From Ferrithrix thermotolerans DSM 19514 (GTDB taxonomy: Bacteria; Actinomycetota; Acidimicrobiia; Acidimicrobiales; Ilumatobacteraceae): DNA of 64,000 bases. The stretch is from the NCBI GenBank assembly GCA_945861025.1, contig CAMASN010000005.1, forward strand, positions 7,239 to 71,238, in the 5' to 3' direction. Under the pieces are notes generated by a model. It was not told the origin of the DNA and ran no database searches. It saw nothing but the letters and a program-made list of their open reading frames with translations. Both the position numbers and the translations under genes were made by a program. Below are positions 17,787 through 24,283 of the stretch, in pieces (within the stretch, counting starts at the first letter, position 1; every line of letters begins with the position of its first letter).

Positions 17787-18983
17787 TCAGGACCCCATCG
17801 ACCACTGTGGGCGCATTGTCACGAGCCCGCCGGTCTCATAGGGCTTGCCCGACATGACATCGAAACGCAAGGCCAGATGCACGTTGTCGTATTCGTGTTG
17901 CCGATTGAAGTCGGTGACGGTGGTGTGAATGTCGTAGGTGCCAGGAAGCAAACCGACCGCATCCATCACGATGTCTACGTGCCCTTCGCCCGAAACCATT
18001 TCGGGAATAAGGCCAACGTCGCGAGTGCACGGCGCGGTCACGGTTGCGCCGCCGAGGCTCTCGATCTCGAACCCAAAGATGGGCTTCGGAACCGGCTTGG
18101 CGGCGGTGTAGTTCAGTCGCAAACGAATGTTGTCCGATGTGCGGAAACGCTTGACGGGTTCGGGGTTGTCGCCCACGAATAGCTCGACCGACGAGATCTG
18201 CAGTTCGCCTGACCCGCGGCGCACGCTGCCATCAACGTTGCGGTTGCGATTGCCCAGCATCATCTCGGTGTAGGCGTCGACAAGATCTGATGGGTCGCCT
18301 TCGCCTGTGATGACGCCGTGGGTCAACCAGATGGCGCGGTCACACATGTTCTTCACGCTGCCGAGGTCGTGGGTCACCAAGATGATGGTGCGCCCGTCGT
18401 TACGGAACTCAACGAACTTCTCGAGGCAGCGCTGCTGAAAGGTCACGTCGCCCACAGCAAGAATCTCGTCAACGATGAGCAAGCGCGGATCAACGTTGAT
18501 GGCGACGGCGAACGCCAAGCGCACGTACATGCCCGACGAATATGTCTTCACGGGTGCATCGATAAAGCTCTCCAAGCCGGAGAACTCGACGATCTCGTCG
18601 AACCGTGCCGCAATCTCGCGGCGTCCCATTCCGAGAATGGCGGCGTTCAAAAAGATGTTCTCGCGGCCGCTGAGTTCGGGGTGGAATCCGGCGCCCAGTT
18701 CGAGCAGCGCCGACATGCGCTTGTGCACCGTGACGGAGCCAGCATTGGGCTGCAAGATGCCGGCCATGCACTTGAGCAGCGTTGATTTGCCCGAGCCGTT
18801 TTGTCCGATGACGCCGAAGACTTCGCCTTCGTTCACGGTGAACGACACATCGCTGAGTGCGGTGAACTCTGCGAACTTGTTACGCCCACCAGTTGCGATG
18901 AGTTGCTTGATCGAATTGGTCTTTTCGCTATGCAAGCGGAAGCTCTTGGTGAGGTGCGATACCTCGAGGGCGATGTTGCTCAT
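17787..18983 (-). CDS. wzt: Polysaccharide ABC exporter ATP-binding protein Wzt/TagH type, with a ~145-aa C-terminal extension
   Basis: GQNGSGKSTLLK, SSGMYVRLAFA, LLIVDEILAVGD. After about aa 250 there is a beta-rich tail (ELQISSVELFVGD...RLRLNYTA...FGFEIE...HVDIVMD...YDIHTTV). Confidence 0.9.
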   Translation of the reverse strand: MSNIALEVSHLTKSFRLHSEKTNSIKQLIATGGRNKFAEFTALSDVSFTVNEGEVFGVIGQNGSGKSTLLKCMAGILQPNAGSVTVHKRMSALLELGAGFHPELSGRENIFLNAAILGMGRREIAARFDEIVEFSGLESFIDAPVKTYSSGMYVRLAFAVAINVDPRLLIVDEILAVGDVTFQQRCLEKFVEFRNDGRTIILVTHDLGSVKNMCDRAIWLTHGVITGEGDPSDLVDAYTEMMLGNRNRNVDGSVRRGSGELQISSVELFVGDNPEPVKRFRTSDNIRLRLNYTAAKPVPKPIFGFEIESLGGATVTAPCTRDVGLIPEMVSGEGHVDIVMDAVGLLPGTYDIHTTVTDFNRQHEYDNVHLALRFDVMSGKPYETGGLVTMRPQWSMGS

Positions 18984-18986
18984 GGT

Positions 18987-19784
18987 CTACATCTCCTCGG
19001 CGAACTTGGGGGAGAGACGGTTGAAGACCCACGCACCCAGAAAGAACATTCCAAAGCCAAGCACCATGAGTTCGACAAGGTTGATCACGCCAGGAATTCG
19101 ACCGTCGTACATGATGTCGTGCGCAGCTGTGATGAAGGCACCCGTTGGTCCGTAGCGGGCGAGATACTGAAGTGCTGGCAAGCCGACTGAGGCTGGAAAG
19201 TAGATAACCGGGGTGGCGTAGAAGAGCAGTTGAGACCCGATGGTCCACAGGTAGTTCACGTCGTGGAAGAACACGTTGGCTGCCGAGAGCGCAAGCGCTA
19301 CGCCGGTAGTGAACAGCGCAAGCATGCACATCACGGCAATCATCGCTGGAAGCCACGGCAGCACCATGTTGCCGCCGATGAGCATGGCAACAGTGAGGAC
19401 GCCCAGCTCAATCATCAGCGTCACGAACTGGGCAATGACCACAGAAAAGACGAGATGCTCGTGGGGGAACTGCACCTTCTTGATCAGCCCGGCGCCGCCT
19501 TGCACCGCACCGATGGATACGCCCACGGTGATCGCAAAGAAGTTGAAGGGCAACAGGCCCGAGAGAAAGTACAACGGAAAGTTGGCGAGCCCGCTGGGGT
19601 CGCCGGCCAAAGGTTTTGCCTTGAACACGTAGCGGAAGATCACGGTGAAGATGACCATCTGCGACAGCGGGTTGAGCAGGCTCCATGCCCAGCCCAGTAC
19701 CGATTTCTTATATCGCGTGCGCAATTCTTTGAGCGACAGCAAATACAACAGGTTGCGGTGCGCCATCGCGGACTTGAGAGACAT
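18987..19784 (-). CDS. wzm: ABC-2 type polysaccharide exporter permease Wzm
   Basis: 265 aa. N-terminus LLYLLSLKELRTRYKKSVLGWAWSLLNPL, typical of ABC-2 permeases, with about 6 TM segments. Ends 3 nt upstream of the wzt start. Confidence 0.9.
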   Translation of the reverse strand: MSLKSAMAHRNLLYLLSLKELRTRYKKSVLGWAWSLLNPLSQMVIFTVIFRYVFKAKPLAGDPSGLANFPLYFLSGLLPFNFFAITVGVSIGAVQGGAGLIKKVQFPHEHLVFSVVIAQFVTLMIELGVLTVAMLIGGNMVLPWLPAMIAVMCMLALFTTGVALALSAANVFFHDVNYLWTIGSQLLFYATPVIYFPASVGLPALQYLARYGPTGAFITAAHDIMYDGRIPGVINLVELMVLGFGMFFLGAWVFNRLSPKFAEEM

Positions 19785-19864
19785 GAAGACCTCACTCTAG
19801 TTGCGTAGGCATCTGCCACGTGCTCAATCCAAGTGACCCGCCGAGGCGGCTAGCCTGTGCGCTT

Positions 19865-20194
19865 ATGCCAGCCAAGCCCGGTAGCGACAACACCAACGAC
19901 AACGAACTCGCCCAACTGCGTGCCGAAGTCGATCGCCTGCGTGCTCTCGTGGGACCCAACGAGCAGACATATATTCAGCTCAAGACCGAGATCTGGAGCG
20001 CCCGCGATGCGGTTATCGGCGCCGAAGCCGAGAACGGGTTGCTGCGCGGCCAAGTGAAGTCAATGCATGCGGCGGTTGCCCCAACACTGATGATCCATCA
20101 GTTCCTCAAAGACGAAGTGCTCTTGCGTGTCAAGCGGTGGCGTACCTACGTGCGTCGGTTGGTCATCAAGGTCGGCAAGAAGTTGCGCCGATGA
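19865..20194 (+). CDS. Small coiled-coil protein of unknown function
   Basis: MPAKPGSDNTNDNELAQLRAEVDRLRALVGPNEQTYIQLKTEIW... Its stop overlaps the ATG of the next GT gene (ATGA at 20191-20194). Confidence 0.5.
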   Translation: MPAKPGSDNTNDNELAQLRAEVDRLRALVGPNEQTYIQLKTEIWSARDAVIGAEAENGLLRGQVKSMHAAVAPTLMIHQFLKDEVLLRVKRWRTYVRRLVIKVGKKLRR

Positions 20195-21786
20195 CCCCGT
20201 TGTTCTCGGTGCTCACGCCGGTGTACGACCCGCCGCACGACGTGCTGTTGGCGATGATCGATTCGGTCGTTGCGCAGACCTTCGACAACTGGGAACTGTG
20301 CCTTGTTAACGATTGCTCTACCGATCCAGTGATCGCTTCGTTACTCGATGCCGCTGCTCGTTCTGACAAGCGCATCAAGGTCATTCACCGAAGTGAGAAC
20401 GGTGGCATCATCGCCGCCTCGGCCGATGCACTGGCAATGGCCACTGGCGACTTCGTTGCGTTACTCGACCACGACGACCTACTCAACGAAGTAGCACTTG
20501 CCAGTTTCGTCGAGGTGCTCGGCATGCATCCCGACATCGACTACTCGTATAGCGACGAAGCGCATCTCACGCCATCGGGTCAGATTGTCACGCCGTTCTA
20601 TAAGCCCGATTGGTCGCCCGAGCGCCTTCGCAGCCAGAACTACTGCACGCACTTTTCGGTGTTGCGCCGCTCGTTGGTCAACGAGGTAGGTGGGTTCCGT
20701 CCGGGCTTCGAAGGCAGTCAGGATTACGACCTGATTCTGCGGGTCACCGAGAAGGCGCGCTACATCCATCACTTTCCGTACCTGCTCTACATCTGGCGGC
20801 AGCTACCAACTTCGGTGGCCGGCAACAAAGACGCCAAGCCCTACGCATATGAGTCGGGCAAGCGAGCTCTGCAAGATCACGCCGACCGCTTGGGCATCGC
20901 CGCCACGGTCGAGATGCAAGAGCCGCTCGGCACCTATCGCTTTCGTCGGCACCTCACGCGTACACCTCGCGTCAGCGTGATCATCCCTACTCGCGGCACG
21001 AGCTCAATCGTGTGGGGCGTCACGCGCAATCTTGTTGTTGAGACCGTCGAAAGTTTGATCGAGAAAGAGAGCTATCCAGATCTCGAGATCATCATCGTGG
21101 CCGACACGCCAACGCCACCGTCGGTTATTCATGCGTTGCAACGCATCGGCGGCGATCGAGTGAAGATCGTTTGGTACGACCGTCCGTTTAACTTCAGCGA
21201 GAAGATCAATCTGGGTGCAGCGCATGCAACCGGCGAGCTGTTGCTGATGCTCAACGACGACATGCAAGTGATCACTCCCGATTTTTTAACCGACATGGTG
21301 CCGCTTGCGCTCGAAGATGGCGTGGGCATGGTGGGTGCCAAGCTGTACTTCGCCGACGGCACCATTCAGCACGCTGGCCACGTGTACAACGGCGACCCCT
21401 ATCACGCCATGTTCCGTTGGGCAGGCAATGAGCTCGGGCCATTTGGTCTGTTGGTGGTGCAACGCGAAACCGTTGGCGTCACCGCCGCATGTGCGTTGTT
21501 GCGAATGGACGTGTTCGAGCAAGTGGGCGGGCTCACGCCGATGCTGCACTCGAGCTACAACGATGTCGACCTCAGTTTGAAGGTGCGTTCGCAAGGCCAT
21601 CGGGTCGTTTGGACACCGTACGTAGAGCTGTATCACTTCGAGAGCCAGACCCGTGAGCCTCACCCCAGCGACGAAGAGCACGCGTTCATTCGCAGCCGCT
21701 GGCGCGAGCAGTTGGTCAACGACCCGTACTACAACCACAACCTCGCGCCTCGCCGCGACGACTGGGTGAGCAAGGCGTTGCGCTGA
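20191..21786 (+). CDS. Glycosyltransferase with two GT2 domains
   Basis: Domain 1: FSVLTPVYDPPHDVLLAMIDSVVAQTFDNWELCLVNDCSTD...LLDHDD. Domain 2: VSVIIPTRGTSS...EIIIVADTPTP...LMLNDDM. Confidence 0.85.
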   Translation: MTPLFSVLTPVYDPPHDVLLAMIDSVVAQTFDNWELCLVNDCSTDPVIASLLDAAARSDKRIKVIHRSENGGIIAASADALAMATGDFVALLDHDDLLNEVALASFVEVLGMHPDIDYSYSDEAHLTPSGQIVTPFYKPDWSPERLRSQNYCTHFSVLRRSLVNEVGGFRPGFEGSQDYDLILRVTEKARYIHHFPYLLYIWRQLPTSVAGNKDAKPYAYESGKRALQDHADRLGIAATVEMQEPLGTYRFRRHLTRTPRVSVIIPTRGTSSIVWGVTRNLVVETVESLIEKESYPDLEIIIVADTPTPPSVIHALQRIGGDRVKIVWYDRPFNFSEKINLGAAHATGELLLMLNDDMQVITPDFLTDMVPLALEDGVGMVGAKLYFADGTIQHAGHVYNGDPYHAMFRWAGNELGPFGLLVVQRETVGVTAACALLRMDVFEQVGGLTPMLHSSYNDVDLSLKVRSQGHRVVWTPYVELYHFESQTREPHPSDEEHAFIRSRWREQLVNDPYYNHNLAPRRDDWVSKALR

Positions 21787-21787
21787 G

Positions 21788-24052
21788 GTGGCGGTACTCG
21801 CGGGTGAATCGTGTCGAGTGTGCCTCATCGTGCCCGCTGGTCAATGGAACCTCGTGCCCATCACGAGCGCGCTTCGTCAGCATCATCCTCGCTGGTCGAT
21901 CTCAGCGGTCTGGTGTGGCGACCCGCACCTGCGTCCAACGCTGCCAACGTCGTTGGCGATTGAATGGTGCGATGTCGACCTCGCCGAGCCAACTGGTGCG
22001 GGGTGGGGGCGGCTGATTACGGCGCTGCCCGCCCGCCTCTATGAATGGTGTCGCGCGGCGGTGGCTGTCGAGCGACTTCTCGACCGAGCCGACGAGTCGG
22101 TTGTGGTCCTGCGCGTCGGTTCGGTAGCTGTGTTGGGTGATTGCTCGTCGATGGTGAGTGCCGATGTGGCGACCTTGATTTCTCGATCCTCCTCTGTGCT
22201 TCCAAGCGATGGGTTGGCGCCCAAAGAAGGCGATCTCATCGAGCGAGGCGAGCACTGCACCGTTGCCGCTGCGTTTCGACCAGGAGCGCAAGGTGCACTT
22301 GTGTGGCTGTATCAACAACTCGGGTGCGCCGCTGGCGAGGTCGGTCCGTGGCTCGATCGTATGGGTCGGATGTTTGGTGCGGGTCACTGTGTTGACGAAC
22401 GAATCGGTGCTGGCCCGTGGCGGGCACCTACCGCAATCGCACCGACCCTCGTCGATATTGATCTCATCGATCGCGACCAGCCGTGGTTCTTCTCGTTCGA
22501 TGGCGCGCCGACCCGGATGCGTCTGTCTGATGACTCAGTATTGGCCGCAGCGGTGCAATCAGCGACAGCTCAGATTGAGGGCGCCGAGGCTCCGATCAAA
22601 TTGCCGGGAGGCATCGCGGTGGACCACGCGATGCGCACGCTGATGCGCGCAGCGATCTTGGCGTGGCGTCAGGGCGTCGCACAGTTGCCACCAGAGCCGT
22701 TTAGTACTCACAACGCTGCGTTCATGCGCTGGCTTGAGTCACCCGAACCTGGTGGCGCAGATATCGGGCGTTACTGGTTGGCCGTACGTGACCAGCGTCC
22801 CGATCTGCAGGCAGCGTTTCCGCATGCACGCAGCGTCGACGCAGCGAGATTTGCTGAGTGGGCCGATGCGAGTTGGCGGCTCGAGGGTCGTTCCGCGTTG
22901 CTTGCGTCCGGCGTTGGTGCGTGCAATGCAATTAAGTCGATCGGCTTCGATTCGGCAGGTGTCAACGTGCTCGGCTACATCGACTTCGATCAGAGTCAGG
23001 GGCATATCGCGCGCGAGTTGGTGGCGGCCTTCGGGGCGGCAGGTGTTGGCGTGTCGGCGCTGAACCACAATCGTTCGCTTGGGGCTCGCCGTAGCGACGA
23101 AGCTGCGACGCCCCGAGAAGCTCGCTTCGCCACAAACATCGTTGTCGTCAACGCTGATCAATTTGAGTTCGTTGTGTCCGATCACGGCGCCACCTTGCTC
23201 GATGGTCGCTACACAATCGGATACTGGTTCTGGGAACTCGAACACATCCCGGCGACGATGCTGCCAGCAATCGATCACGTAGACGAAATATGGACCGGCT
23301 CGCAGTTCGTTGCCGATGCATTCTCGCGGGTTACCGACAAACCAGTTCGATGCGTGCCGCTGCCGGTGGCTCAGCCGCAACCGTCGCAGCGCACGCGTGC
23401 AAGCTTCGGATTGCCTAATGACCGCTTTGTGTTTTTGGCAACGTTCGATCAGTTCAGCGTGCCCGAACGTAAGAACCCATTTGGGGTGATCGAGGCGTTC
23501 ACCCGTGCGTTCGCCGATGGCGAAGGGCCGTTGCTGTGGATCAAGACCCTCAACGGCGACAAGGGGTGGCAGCAGCACGAACGGTTACTCCTGGCTGCGT
23601 CGGGCCGTAGCGACATCATCGTGCGTGACGAGCATCTCAGCCGTCCCGATCAGATGGCGGTGTTGCAGGTTGCCGACTGTCTCGTCTCGTTGCACCGATC
23701 CGAAGGCCTTGGCCTTCATTGCGCCGAGGCAATGTGGCTGCGTAAGCCGGTTATCGCAACGCGCTATTCGGGCAATCTCGATTTCATGGACGACTCGTGC
23801 GCTGCAATGGTCGACTACGAGCTGGTGCCAGTGCGGCACGGTCAGGGCATCTATCCACCTGAGGCGATGTGGGCCGAACCCGATGTCGAACAAGCTGCGG
23901 CACACATGCGCGCGTTGGCGTCAGACTCGGCGCTGTGTTCTCGACTTGGCGCGAGCGCCCGCGAACGAATGGCGTCGCAAGCTTCTCAAGCGGAGACCGG
24001 CCGCATGATGGTCGAGTTAGCAACCAGACATTTCACGAAGGGAAGCATCTGA
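21788..24052 (+). CDS. Large glycosyltransferase: ~480-aa N-terminal region of unknown function plus a C-terminal GT4 domain
   Basis: GTG start 2 nt after the previous stop. C-terminus FLATFDQFSVPERKNP...VSLHRSEGLGLHCAEAMWLRKPVIATRYSGNLDF (GT4 EX7E-type region). Confidence 0.8.
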   Translation: MAVLAGESCRVCLIVPAGQWNLVPITSALRQHHPRWSISAVWCGDPHLRPTLPTSLAIEWCDVDLAEPTGAGWGRLITALPARLYEWCRAAVAVERLLDRADESVVVLRVGSVAVLGDCSSMVSADVATLISRSSSVLPSDGLAPKEGDLIERGEHCTVAAAFRPGAQGALVWLYQQLGCAAGEVGPWLDRMGRMFGAGHCVDERIGAGPWRAPTAIAPTLVDIDLIDRDQPWFFSFDGAPTRMRLSDDSVLAAAVQSATAQIEGAEAPIKLPGGIAVDHAMRTLMRAAILAWRQGVAQLPPEPFSTHNAAFMRWLESPEPGGADIGRYWLAVRDQRPDLQAAFPHARSVDAARFAEWADASWRLEGRSALLASGVGACNAIKSIGFDSAGVNVLGYIDFDQSQGHIARELVAAFGAAGVGVSALNHNRSLGARRSDEAATPREARFATNIVVVNADQFEFVVSDHGATLLDGRYTIGYWFWELEHIPATMLPAIDHVDEIWTGSQFVADAFSRVTDKPVRCVPLPVAQPQPSQRTRASFGLPNDRFVFLATFDQFSVPERKNPFGVIEAFTRAFADGEGPLLWIKTLNGDKGWQQHERLLLAASGRSDIIVRDEHLSRPDQMAVLQVADCLVSLHRSEGLGLHCAEAMWLRKPVIATRYSGNLDFMDDSCAAMVDYELVPVRHGQGIYPPEAMWAEPDVEQAAAHMRALASDSALCSRLGASARERMASQASQAETGRMMVELATRHFTKGSI

Positions 24053-24264
24053 TGGCACTGATGTCACGACTGAGCCGACTCGTCGGTGGCCGTTCTAACG
24101 CGCAAACCACCGCCGGTTACCGTGAGGAGTTGCGGGCGCTACACATAAAGGTTGGGCGACTTGATGAAGAGCTTCACCAACTTCGCTCACAGATGCGCGA
24201 AACGGTCAACGATCTCGGCGATCGCATCGGCTCGGTGGCGGAACGGCTTAACTCGGCCCCGTAA
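24052..24264 (+). CDS. Small coiled-coil protein of unknown function
   Basis: MALMSRLSRLVGGRSNAQTTAGYREELRALHIKVGRLDEELHQLRSQMRETVNDLGDRIGSVAERLNSAP. The ATG overlaps the TGA of the preceding GT gene by 1 nt. Confidence 0.45.
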   Translation: MALMSRLSRLVGGRSNAQTTAGYREELRALHIKVGRLDEELHQLRSQMRETVNDLGDRIGSVAERLNSAP

Positions 24265-24283
24265 CGCGCCGATAGATCAGGTG

